Part shown: piece after piece, positions 52,493-64,000 of the stretch
Position numbering within the stretch: position 1 is the stretch's first letter
How the letters are laid out: the number at the start of each line of letters is the position of its first letter
Source: the human T2T-CHM13v2.0 reference genome, Homo sapiens
Length of the DNA stretch: 64,000 nt
Assembly (NCBI RefSeq): GCF_009914755.1
Contig: NC_060934.1
Direction: 5' to 3' (one strand)
Position numbers and translations under genes: made by a program
Notes under the pieces: generated by a model
Databases searched by the model: none
What the model was told of the DNA's origin: nothing
The model's input: only the letters and a program-made list of their open reading frames with translations

Positions 52493-52761
52493 ATTTATAT
52501 TTTTTCTTTAATTTTTAAGTTCTGGGACACATGTGCAGGATGTGCAGGTTTGTTACATAGGTAAATGTGTGCCATGGTGGTATGCTGCACAGATTAACCC
52601 ATCACCCAGGTATTAAGCCCAGCATCCATTAGATATTCTCCTTGATGCTCTCCCTCCCCCTACCCCACTCAGCAGGCACCAGTGTGTATTGTTCCCCTCC
52701 AAGTGTCTATGTGTCTCATAGTTCAGCTCTCACTTATATGTGAGATCATGCAGTGTTTGGT
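52493..52761 (-). mobile_element. L1PA11-13-like 3' end inserted in a MIR
   Basis: acatgtgcaggatgtgcaggtttgttacataggtaaa..gcacagattaacccatcacccaggtattaagcccagcatccattag; TSD tgaaattat(g/t)tattt at 52478-52492 and 52762-52776; MIR-like 52420-52490 upstream. Confidence 0.92.
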
Positions 52762-53016
52762 TGAAATTATTTATTTATAATGCTTCGCCGAATTATTATT
52801 TTATTTGGAATTAATATAAATACTGCTTTGATTATAAAACTACATCCTAGCATCAAAACACCAAATGATGATTATGAAAAGTAAAATTAAAAAATGTTAA
52901 CATTTGACAATTGCAATAAGTGGGTTTGTGATTGAAAACTTTAGATTCAAATGTAGCTAGTTTAAACAACTTTACGTATGTTAGAATACAACATAAAGAG
53001 CAGACCACGTGCTGTT

Positions 53017-53073
53017 TGTGTGTGTGTGTGTGTGTGTGCTTGTATGTGTGTGTGTGCTTCTATGTGTGTGTGT
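53017..53073. repeat. Interrupted (TG)n microsatellite
   Basis: Read directly; source of the CVCVCV run in ORF 52932..53270. Confidence 0.9.
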
Positions 53074-53129
53074 TTAGTCTTTATTTAGGTATAATGTTGG
53101 CATTCCTTAGAGATAGTAGTAATAATTCA

Positions 53130-53345
53130 TCATTTTCTCAATGTATATTTTATGTATGCTCTAGGCATTTTACTTGTAATATCTCAAACATATTTTTACA
53201 AAAATTTCTGGTAAATATTACTAACTCAAGCTTACACATGAGGGAGCTGAAGCTTACCCAGTTTAACTGACTTTTTAAATGATACTTAGAAATTAGAAAG
53301 ATTTTATTCAAACTAAGAGCTATCTGGTTCTTAAAGACATTCATT
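53130..53345 (-). mobile_element. MIR SINE
   Basis: ctctaggcattttacttgtaatatctca..cttacacatgagggagctgaagctt..gtttaactgactt..attcaaactaagagctatctgg. Confidence 0.6.
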
Positions 53346-54259
53346 ATTCAATAAACTTGAAATCAGACAATAATAACACATTTATTGTAATAAAATGATG
53401 TTATTGGAGTAGAGAAGCAGGCATTCTTAATATAAAATGATAATAAAAATCTTTCTTAAAAGCCCTAAAACTGAATATTGGTTTATTTTCTTAAGGTAAA
53501 ATATTTAATGTATATTAAATATATTAATATTTTAGTATAAGATATAGTTCATAATGAAATTCACATTCCTACATTATTATATATAACCAACATGAAAACT
53601 AACATATATTTCTATAAATCCATTAACAAATATTAACATATTGATCTTAATTTTATAGCTATAGAATGTTAGTAGTGAATATTATAATGTCTTGGAGAAA
53701 AGTTTGCAGATAACTGTGATCATCATGATTCCTTAATGTTAACATTTTTCCATATTAGCTTCAAATCTCATTAAAAGTAAAAGAAAAAAAATTAGAGATT
53801 CGGCTAAAGTTTCAGTTCTTCCCTATCTACACTGTGATCACTACCTCACTAAAGTTAAATGTGTGAAGTAGATCTATGTATGTTTAGAACAAATTAAAAT
53901 CCTGATTCAATATTTTTACACCCAGATCCCTTATGAAATACCTTGCATACTACACCCATCATTATCATCATCAACTACAGCTAAAATAAAATGTGCACTG
54001 TGAATATTTCCCCGAACTACGATTTCCTTGGCTTCCTTAAGTCTCAGAGTTAAAGTCGCTAACTTGCTAATCAAAACTCCTATGGAGATGAGAGCCAGCT
54101 TTAACTTCTACAGCCCTTATGGCTCTAACATGATGATTCACAAATCTGTCTGCATAAAAGATTTTTCAGAGGAGTTTTTAAGCAATTTTGATGCCTCCCC
54201 ACTCCATTCCTATAAGCAGATCAGTTAAATTAGGTGGTCTAATTAAATGTGCCTGCCAG

Positions 54260-54425
54260 AAAACTACAGCAAATACCATTCCTGATGGAGAAATTTAGTA
54301 GCATTCTTCTAACAATTGAGAAAAGCAAAATGCTTACTATTGCCACTTTGTTTAAAACCCTAAAGTTGGTTCTAACCAAAGTAGTAAGAAAAGCAGTAAA
54401 GTGTAGGAAAGAAGGAACAAACTTT
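54260..54425 (+). mobile_element. Very old L1 ORF2 (RT region) fragment
   Basis: aaactacagcaaataccattcctgatggagaaa..gcattcttctaa..gttctaaccaaagtagtaaga..ggaaagaaggaacaaact. Confidence 0.5.
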
Positions 54426-55794
54426 AATTTTCACTAAGGTTAAAAAAAAACTTGTTCAAAATAATATATTTTTAGTTGGAATGAAAACTGACTTCTTATC
54501 TCACAGATTAAAATTGGATACAATAATCAAAATTTGTAATGATGGACCTAAATCAAAAGAAAATATATTAAATTATACATTTCCACATAAGGAATGAGAG
54601 AAGTGCATACTAGATTCTAGAAATATGTATGTTAAGTGGCATATATAAAGGAAAATTCTCAGTCTTTAATGGGATAAAGCATAGGATTTTTTAAAACTTG
54701 TATATGTAACATTTGATTGACTTCCTGTTGATGCCAAACAAATTACATTATGCCATCAATACTTTAAGCGAGTTGTATCTAAAGGAACAAAAGAATACTC
54801 CTGTAGGTTCTCTCCAATAATATTTTACATCTGAGATAAAATTTCCTCGGAGATTTCAGATGGATATACATAGGAAGGCTTGAATTTAAGCTCAGCATTG
54901 ACTTCCAGCATCTTTTCTGACTTTTATAGGGCACTTACAAAATGAGGAAGTAAGGTCTCTATGATCTGTGATGGTTTCATATGGCTTTGATACTTTTGGT
55001 TTTTCTCCAGGGTAAAAGGAGAACATAGTTCGGCAGCTTCATAGCAGGGGCCCTTTGAGGAATTACTCAGCGGGGCCAGTAGGAATTAAAGAGGAGTGAC
55101 AGGCAGACCTGTTCTCCCCTCTGAAAGAATGAATGTAAGGAAATGCTTTTGCCTCTTCTCTGCTTTAAGGCATATGAACAAGGTCTCTATAGAGTTTTTC
55201 AGAAGCGATATTTAGTTCATTTTCTATTTGAGTTCCAAGCTGTGAACATTGGGTAAATAGTTTAGTCTGTGCTTTTCTTTTTTTAATTAATAATTTGAGA
55301 GCTTTGCACATATTAGGGTGTAGAAATAGCATGAAGTTCCTCACTCATGATTTAACAAAAAGACCTTTTGTTTTTTGCTCTTCTATATGTTGCCTCCTAA
55401 ATTTGGATTCCTGATGCAAAGACTTCAAAGTTAATTTGCTAAGTGGGACATCACAATTAACACTGTGAATCATCCGTAGTTATAGACGATACTGTCTACC
55501 TCAAAAAACAGTGTACCTGGTATCTATTCAATATCATAAGCGGATTAGGCTCTACCTCAATTTTTAAAGATTACATTGAATTAGATAATAAATTGAAATC
55601 ATAGTCAATAGACTGGTGGGGCTTTTTCACATATCTCTGTCTTAAAGCCAAAGTTTTAAGTATTAAAAATATATTTTTGTTTATAAGTGTTTTCTCAAAA
55701 GTGTTTTGAAGTAATGGGCAGGAATATTCCCATTTAAAGTTTAAATATTATATACAGCGCAGTAGTAATATATATTTGAAAATATCAGTATTGC

Positions 55795-55902
55795 CTAAAT
55801 ATAAGTGCCATGAGGGCAAATTTCTTTTCTGTTTTGTTCCCATCTATATTGTCAGAGTCCAGAAGAGTGTCTGGTTCCTAAGACTGTTCATTTGATGAAT
55901 GC
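55795..55902 (+). mobile_element. L2 3' end fragment
   Basis: aatataagtgccatgagggcaaatttc..tgttttgttcc..agaagagtgtctgg..tttgatgaatg. Confidence 0.6.
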
Positions 55903-58313
55903 CTACATCTGCATTATTTAATACCGAATTCATATGATAGTATTTTATTTTAGCATGAAACAATAGCTTAAAAATAATAAGAAAAGAGAAGAATCTCATC
56001 TGTTATTAGTAATATATTTAAGAAATGGACTTTTAAGAATATCACATTTCCAGTGTTGTGAATAGATACAGTAAGCAATTGTTTTCATCTTTGAGCTAAA
56101 ATAAAGTTTGCTTCATATAGCCTGTTAGAGTTTCCCATTGTTACCTTTTAAAGTAATATTAAAGGAGCCACTTTTTAAAGGATTTTCCCCCATAGTCTCA
56201 TAAAGTCGGAAAATGTCTACTTCCCCACAGTTTTGTTCTTACTGTTTTCAAGGAGCCAGAAAGGGATTTTGAAAACTCCTTATTTAAAAACAGATGCAAA
56301 ACCTAATTATATTTTTCTTTAAGGCTTCAAAGGACAATGAATAAAAGTAAATTTTATCACTCCTGGCCCCCACAAATCACTAGACATCCACATAAACATC
56401 TATTAAATGAGGAATCTCATTCTTTCTAATAATATGTTATATTTATATTTCAAAAACTTTCCTTATAATGTTTTACTTAAAATGAATAATGGATATAAAA
56501 TAGATTAAGATTAAGAATCTGCTATTCAGTGATTATACTTAGTTTTCCATTTCATTACTTTACAGTCCACAAAAAATACCATTCAAAATAGACATGTCTT
56601 CTTGCTAATTAAAAATATAGCAACCCAAAGATCTCTTGGTACAGTCTTGGCAGTTAGTTCCATAAGAAGACGAAGACATTGCAAAGTGAATTAGTATGAT
56701 GTACTGTCGCCATAGCCATAAACAGTCGGTTTTTATGTTTAACCAGATTATGAGGTTGAGAGCATTGCTGTCCACAGAGTGCATATAGTACATGCTAAGT
56801 TGACTTTATTTGTAATCTAGCTCAATTAGATACAAGGAAAACCATAGCATCCAAGCTGCAGTGATGCTGTCAGAGGAATTCCCTCTGATATGTTTTGTCT
56901 TCCCAAGTTGGAGTTGCAGACCTCAGAGAAAGTGGTTTTTTCTCTGGACCAAACCTTATCTTCCTATATGTAATCATCCAGGGAAAACTGAAGCTAACAG
57001 CTACTCTCTTGAATTTATTCTGGCTTATATTCAAAAACTAAACTATTGCCCTAAAAAGCAGTTAAGCTTCACTTGATGAAAAGCTTTTGGATGGTTAAAA
57101 TAAACATGTGTTTCAAAATATTACCTCCAAAAAAAGTAAAACCTATTTCAGAACTTCTATAAGTATACATTGTATGGCTTTCCAAAGAAAAGGAATTTTA
57201 TAATACATTTTTACTGGATCCTTTGAATGAATGATTATTCTGGATGCATATTCTTAGAACATACCCTACGTATCCTAAAATCTAATTTAGTTCAGTTTGG
57301 AGAATTTCCTCCAGGTGACATGAAAGAGATAAGTAATATCTCCAATTCAAGCTTTATACTTAGGTAGGAAGTATCTTGAAGTAAATATGACTAAGAACAA
57401 TTCACCTTCATATTTATATATCTCACCAATAAAAAATACTTCCAGGTAAAAGGAAAGAGTAATGTATACCATATAGATTCCAGCAGTTTTATGTGCTATC
57501 AAACTTCATTACACTATAGAAATTCATTATTATTTACAATCTGGAAAGGAAATGATTTTAAAATACAATGGTACATATAATAACAAACATATCACTTTCA
57601 GAGTATTTTTCAGTCATGATTTTCTTCAGCTATCAGTTAATAAAATTGATTGCCAGTTTTTCATATTCACAAATTCTAAAAGGAAACCACAAACATTAAA
57701 TTGGTTTTGTTGTGTGATAATTTTATATAATTTATATAAGTGGATAATGTGTAAGTTGTAGTCCTTATTGGTGGGAAATTATTTTATGTTTCAGCTTAAT
57801 TTATTGTTTGGAGATAACATATTTATAAATAAAAAGAAAATGTAACATGGGGAATTTAGTTAACTCATTATGTGGACTACAGTGAGGTAATATCATGAGA
57901 TTTATGTTTTTATGTGGCTCAAAACGGTACAACTGCACACTCAAATCAGTTTTAGTACAGCCGGGTATCAGAGTAACAAGAAAACAGTGGGAAAGGGTGT
58001 TCCAGTACCCTTTTTATGTATTTATTTTTGGTAGGTAGTAATCTTATATCTATAAAATTACCTTTGTTAGATAAGTAGTTTATATAGGAGATAAATTTAG
58101 TGCCTGGGGATAATTTCAAAAGAAAAGGCTATCAATGCTAATTGCAAAGAGAGACACATTAAAATCAAATAATCACACAAATTCACTTTCTACTTTATAA
58201 TAAGATTTGAAGGAAAGCCAAACTTAAAGTAACACTGACTTTTCCAACTTCACTTAAAATAAAAAATCAAATGAAGACAAAAACATAGATTCATCATGAG
58301 CAGAATACTAAGA

Positions 58314-58316
<3 letters not shown>

Positions 58317-58349
<33 letters not shown>
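58317..58349. repeat. Pure (GT)n microsatellite, ~16 units
   Basis: Read directly; likely length-polymorphic. Confidence 0.95.
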
Positions 58350-58350
<1 letters not shown>

Positions 58351-58739
58351 ACCTGTGTGCATGTTCCTGACTTTCATCAATAGTTCTTAGACATATTTAA
58401 GCCCTCAGGACCAGATTCTCAAGAGTATAAATCTTTTCCATGCTGCAAATCAGTGTTGGGACAGTGTTTAAAATCTCCAAACAGTTTCAAGAGAGAAACA
58501 GGCTTTAATGAGAATATGTGGGACTACAAAGAGACACACTGAAGTGAATAGCCAAATTGTTTGAAATGTCTTGAAAGTAATAGTTTTCTCAGTGTAATAT
58601 GAATTTAAAATAAATATGATTCTATGTGCTCTGAGAACTAAAGCCAAATTCTTATTTGCATTTCAATTGAGTTATTTTACTATTTTCCATTTCAATGTTT
58701 TAAAAAATACATTAAAATGAGTCTTCAATTAGATATGAG

Positions 58740-58965
58740 GCTTAAAATGAAGTATTTCTCATGTGATTTTATGTAAAATATCACCTCTAATTCTCCATTT
58801 CCTTCACTTTCTTTGTCCTAATAGTTTTAATAATTATACATATAACATTCATTTGTTAATTTAGTCTCTTCTCTCAAAGATTATCAGTCCCTGAAAGCAC
58901 AGGTTTTGTTTGTTTAACTCACAGCTTTATTCCCAGCAACCGATACAATAAATGAATGAATGATC
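58740..58965 (+). mobile_element. L2 3' end
   Basis: cagtccctgaaagcacaggttttgtttgtttaactcacagctttattcccagca..aataaatgaatgaatga. Confidence 0.65.
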
Positions 58966-60317
58966 TTGAAAATTAAATAATTAAATGACCAAAAATCAAG
59001 TTGTTTTGGTCATTACCACTGTTAGCAACAGTGGTAAAATGTACTAAACTAGCAGATATCCTATTCCTAGAAAAATTTCATATTTGCAAGGGCTTCAAGA
59101 AGGGGGAAGGGAAACAAACAAGTTTGAATGCTTGACTGTCATGTGAAATCTTGATAGAGGTCATTTGAAAAAAAAATAAATTTTACCTCAGTATAATACT
59201 GCCACATCAAAATCATGCTGTATGAAACAAGTGATATTAGCATTAAAAGACTATAACTACTCCACTGGGAAGAAGGCAGAGGTTTAGAATTTTGCTAGCT
59301 TTGGTCACAAACAGATTAACAGGATGAAAACAGAATCTAGTAAAAAGCAAATAAAAAAAGAAAGGAACAAAATAAATAATAATTTCAAAAAGGTCATCCC
59401 CGATACTTCATAGCGGTATAGAACAACAAGTAGTAAACGTAGTAATCAATATGAAAATAACATAATTTTAAGATGATCGCAAACTCATCTGGACACCAAA
59501 TATGTTCATATTTGGGTAACTATAAGACAGACATAGAGTTATTTCTGGAAATTGATTTTTCTTCTCACTATTCCATACATACTGAAGCTTGACAGTAGGG
59601 TTCTATGAGAAAAAACTCTGAGAACACAATAAAGGCCAAGTTCCTACATATAGGAAGAAAGAGATCTTAAGGACATGATAGGGATAAATAAAATGTGAAT
59701 ACACTTTTTTCTCTTCCTGGCTTGCAAGGATGCACCCAGTTACGCTTTCCTTATTAAATTTTCAACAGTTTAGGGTATTTGAGAGAGATGCTTAACTTCA
59801 CCTAAACATACCCAACAAAATAACAAATAGACATACACAATCTCTCTCACTGTTTTTCTCTCTCTCTCTCTTCCCCTGCCCTCAATTTAATTTAATAAGA
59901 AGCTATTTTCAGAATAAATAATTCAATGACTTACATTCTTTAGCATTGTTTTTGTATATCACAAATATAGAGACAGATTATTACATCAAAAGTTAATGGC
60001 AGTAGGTTCAAAGATCTACGGAAATGAGACATTTAATTTATAGTTAATAATAGGAAAATATTTAATCCTCTAAGAGCAGGAGACTGATCTCTTTCATTTT
60101 TTAAAAACGAATTTTCCACCATCCAGAGAAACACTTCTTAAATTGACTTGTAAACTTACAGAGATAAAAGACTTTTTGGCATTTCTCATTAAATGTCTAA
60201 TATCTGAATTAAGAGAAATATCAAACTCCTGTTTTTAGAGTTTGCACCAGAAAACACACCTAAGAATTATTAGCTATTTTGCAACAACTTAGTTGCCTTA
60301 AGAATGATCTAGTTATT

Positions 60318-60598
60318 GTTCAGGCGCAGTGGCTCATGCCTGTAATCCCAGCACTTTGGGAGGCCAAGGGGCGCAGATCACTTGAGGTCAGGAGTTTGAG
60401 ACCAGCCTGGCCAACGTGGTAAAACCACATCTCTACCGAAAATACAAAAACTAGGCGGGTGTGGTGGCACATGTCTGTAATCCTAGCTACTCGGGAGGCC
60501 TTGGCAGGAGAATCGCTTGAACCCCGAAGGAGGAGGTTGCAGTGAGTGGAGAAGGCGCCAGCCTAGGCGACAGAGCCAGACTCCGTCTCAATAAAAGA
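60318..60598 (+). mobile_element. AluS (Sz/Sx-like) with 10-bp deletion
   Basis: gatcacttgaggtcaggagtttgagacc; gcgcca|gcctagg lacks ctgcactcca; 18-bp TSD aagaatgatctag(t/c)tatt at 60300-60317 and 60599-60616. Confidence 0.96.
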
Positions 60599-61866
60599 AA
60601 GAATGATCTAGCTATTATTTTTGCCAGGTTTCCTTTCTCTGTCTTCAGTTTACCTTGGAAAACAGATTTTGAAAGGCAATAAATAGGCTTTTGCCATTTC
60701 TGTCCACATTTCTAACATAACAGGAAACTCTGTGTATATTAAATTGTGAGTTTTGTGTGTACACAAACATACAATCTTGAATAAGGATCTTTTAAATGTC
60801 TATTCTTTTAAAAATTACAGATGTTCTTTTTATTGCATGTGTTAGTTTGGGATAGCAAAGAACTAACAAAATTCCCCAAGGACTATTCAAGAAAGGATGG
60901 GACAGAGCTCAACCAAGAGCACTACCTGTTTTTGATTGAAAGGAAGCAGATAACTAGAGTTAAGCAGAAAGTCAATTAGGGCACCACTTCCTTTGCACTT
61001 CTGGATTGAATCCAATTCTGTTGAAACATCTAAAATTGATAAATCAAAAGTCTCTGTGTTTGTTTTACTCTCCTTGGATCTTTTTAGAGCACCTCACATC
61101 AACAGATCCTTGCAATTGTTAATGAAGTCACATGAAAATTTCCATGATGAAGAGATGCCTTTTGAAAATTTACATATTTATAGTGTTTATTTTGTATAGC
61201 TGTATATAAACAAACTTGATATAGACACAATGTTTAAGTGAAGTTTATGAGTTGAGATTCTAAGTGATTATATCCCGTTCTCACCCTAAATTAACTGATT
61301 CATGTTCAAATTCATTATAATCAAATTTTATCATTCTATTGTCAACATCATTTTAACAATATAGGAAGAAATTATTATAAAGAAAATCATAAAAATATAA
61401 AACCAGGTCAAAAGAGTAATGCAAAGTATTTTTAAATTAAATGAGAATAAATTATAAACTATTCTCTATTAGATATAATTAAGAAGAAATGCATTTTTTT
61501 GAAAATTAATAGGTGTTTCATTTGAATATTCACAATGCTTACCATGCAATGCTATTAAAAACTGGTGGATTTCATATACAAGAATAAAAGGCTGACCTTT
61601 TCTCTTTTAGGTTTCACAGTCTTAGTCCTTCCTTCAGTGAGATAGTTAATTATAGGAAAAGAAAATAAAACTATACATATTCCAGACAAAATGATAACTT
61701 ATTTCCATTCAACAATGAAAAACAAATAATTTCTATCTTGTACATCTTTTACAATTTCCAACTAGATGTCATATTCTGCTCTCCCACAATCAAAGTTTGG
61801 TATTCAAGAATTCCCTTTAGGAACTTTTGCTGATGTCTCTGACTCTAAAGGCTGTCCACAATGAGT

Positions 61867-62790
61867 ATTTTTTAAATAGCTTTGTTGAGTCTTAATTGTT
61901 ATACAGTATATTTCACACATGTAAAGCATACAATTTGACAAGCTTAACGTATGTAAACATGAAACAACCATTACAATCAAGATAAAGGACGTATGTATCA
62001 CCCCCAGAAGTTTCCTCGGGCTCTGTTAAACCTTTTCCTTCTCCTGCTCTTCTCTGCTTTTGCCATTCCAGACATTCACTAATCTCCTTTCTGTCACAAT
62101 AGTTTGGGATTTCTAGACTTACATATTTGTGGGCTCATAGAGCATGTACTGTTATTTTTGTCTGACTTTATTCACTCAGCCTGATTATTTTTAGATTTAT
62201 CCGTGTGGTTAGGTATATCAATATTTCTTTTCCCTGAATTATGAATATTCCAATGCACTGATGTACTACAATTTATATATGTATATACACATCTAGCTCT
62301 TGGTGGACATTTTGGTTTTATTATTTTGGTGCTATTACAAATCAAACTAGTGTGAACATTCATGTGTAAATCTTTGCATACACATATGCTTTTTATTTTA
62401 GGTAAATACTTAGGATGGCTTGGCAGGTTCATATGGTGGGCATAAGTTTAATGATTTTAAGAAACTGCCAAGCTGATTTCCAAAAAAATTGTGTAATTTT
62501 AGTAGTTTTAGAAATTCTAATAGATGTGTGGTGGTATATCATTGTGGTTTTAATTTGTATTTCCTTAATGATGTTCAGCACATTTTCATGTTGTTGTTTT
62601 TTTTCAGTACACATTTTGGGGTTAAGTGCTTGTTCATTTTTTCTTTTTTTTTTTTTTAAGTGGGCTATTTTATTACTTAGTTTTGAGTTTTTGTACATGC
62701 TAAATGATATATGTCTTTTACAGATGTGTTATTTGGAAAAAACTTTCTCCCAGACTCTGGTTTGACTTGAATTCTTTTAATTGTATTGTG
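61867..62790 (-). mobile_element. L1ME1/2-like 3' region
   Basis: aatagctttgttgag..catacaatttgacaag..ttacaatcaagataaagg..tcacccccagaagtttcctc..ttcactcagcctgattatttttagatt..aagaaactgccaa..cattgtggttttaatttgtatttcc. Confidence 0.85.
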
Positions 62791-63019
62791 AGAATACAAT
62801 TAGAAATTGTTCTATCTCGTTAAATGTTCCATGAGGTGCATTTGACACACACAATGTGTTATTAATGATGTCTCCACTAGGCCATATATATGAGCATAAC
62901 AATATTACAGGCCAAAACCAAGTTATGTGTAATATGCATCAGTGACCTGGCTCATTGAAGAATTGATGACTCCCAAAATTTAAGAACCTCCTATTTTTAC
63001 TATTTAGTACAGTTAATTG

Positions 63020-63230
63020 GTAGCAAAGTAAAACTGCAGAATAATGAACCTTGATGTGAGAAAGACCTTTGTGCATTATTAGTTCTCTTAATCATGTATA
63101 ACTTTGTGTACTTTCCTCACATGCATAGAAGGGGAAATACTGTTTTATGGATTGTTAGGGGGACTGAATAGTATAGTCTCTGAGTAAGTAATTAGCACAT
63201 TCTAGGTGCTTCCTTATTATCAATAGCATA
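63020..63230 (+). mobile_element. MIR SINE
   Basis: gtgagaaagacc..ctttcctcacatgcatagaaggggaaatac..atggattgttagggggactgaata..ttagcacattctagg. Confidence 0.55.
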
Positions 63231-64000
63231 ATGACAAGGAAATTAAAAATTCAACCTTTCCCCAAACACGCGCACAGAACAGAATACTTCATATAAGAAA
63301 ATAAAGGTCAGAAAGATGTAAATTGTTAAGTATTTTGAATAGCTAATTGTGAAGATATATATATATATATATATGATCTATATATACAAAATTAGGATAG
63401 TACAGAGGCTCTTTAATTCTCTCTGCATATGAAAAAGAAGCCTGATAAATCCACACATGAAAAAGTCTTCTTGGTCTATACTATGACTACTTGAGAACCC
63501 TCAAGAACTCCACAAATTCTGAGATGATACTTTATCTATAATAATGTAGGTCATAAAAATGTTTCTAATACATTTGAGAGGCAGATATGAGGGACAACAA
63601 GGTTTTTAATATATTAAATATATTGAATTAATCATTCTTACATTCTTTAAAGAGAATGTGATATAAATAATCACTTTTTTATTGTGCGAATAACCCTAAA
63701 ATCTCAAACACCATTTATAAATGAGAGGGCAAAGTACTTCCTTACCAAATATCACAGCACCCATAGTATCTTGAAATAAAATTAGAGACACATTAGCCAT
63801 TGAGAAAAAGTCACATAATTGTACCTTTTTATTTATTAAATGATAAAGTGGAAAAATACAGAAATATTGGGCTTTGCACACTGTTTAGATTGAGATAATA
63901 CATTTCTTAGATAAATGTGCCCTATATTCCCATATTGCACATACAGAGATCAACTGTGTCTTTGGCTTTTGAAGTGAGAAGATCACTTTAATGAACTTAG

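Noticed and set aside
56600-57080. Unique segment with several CpGs and two short ORFs
   Set aside because: I could not assign it to a gene or repeat family and found no structure beyond composition.

Overview
This is AT-rich primate, most likely human, non-coding DNA (gene desert or deep intron). It holds AluJ/S/Y, L1PA/PB/MA/ME, L2, MIR, MaLR (THE1/MST/MLT1), ERVL (MLT2) and ERV1 (MER52) LTRs, a near full-length Tigger1, MADE1, MER5 and microsatellites. I found no recognisable host protein-coding gene, tRNA, rRNA or CRISPR array. The ORF track reduces to L1 ORF1/ORF2 and Tigger1 relics, Alu/LTR read-through, microsatellite translations and chance ORFs. I see no support for a new multi-gene biological system. 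The most notable structures are a 36-bp near-perfect inverted repeat built from an ancient MIR, several other fold-back micro-rearrangements, a twin-primed L1PA2 with a chimeric ORF, an L1PA with a non-A insert inside its TSDs, an old L1 5'UTR with a monomer array, and a motif-dense candidate enhancer near 17 kb. Repeat subfamily names come from my recall of consensus sequences, not a database search. Boundaries of old repeats are approximate.
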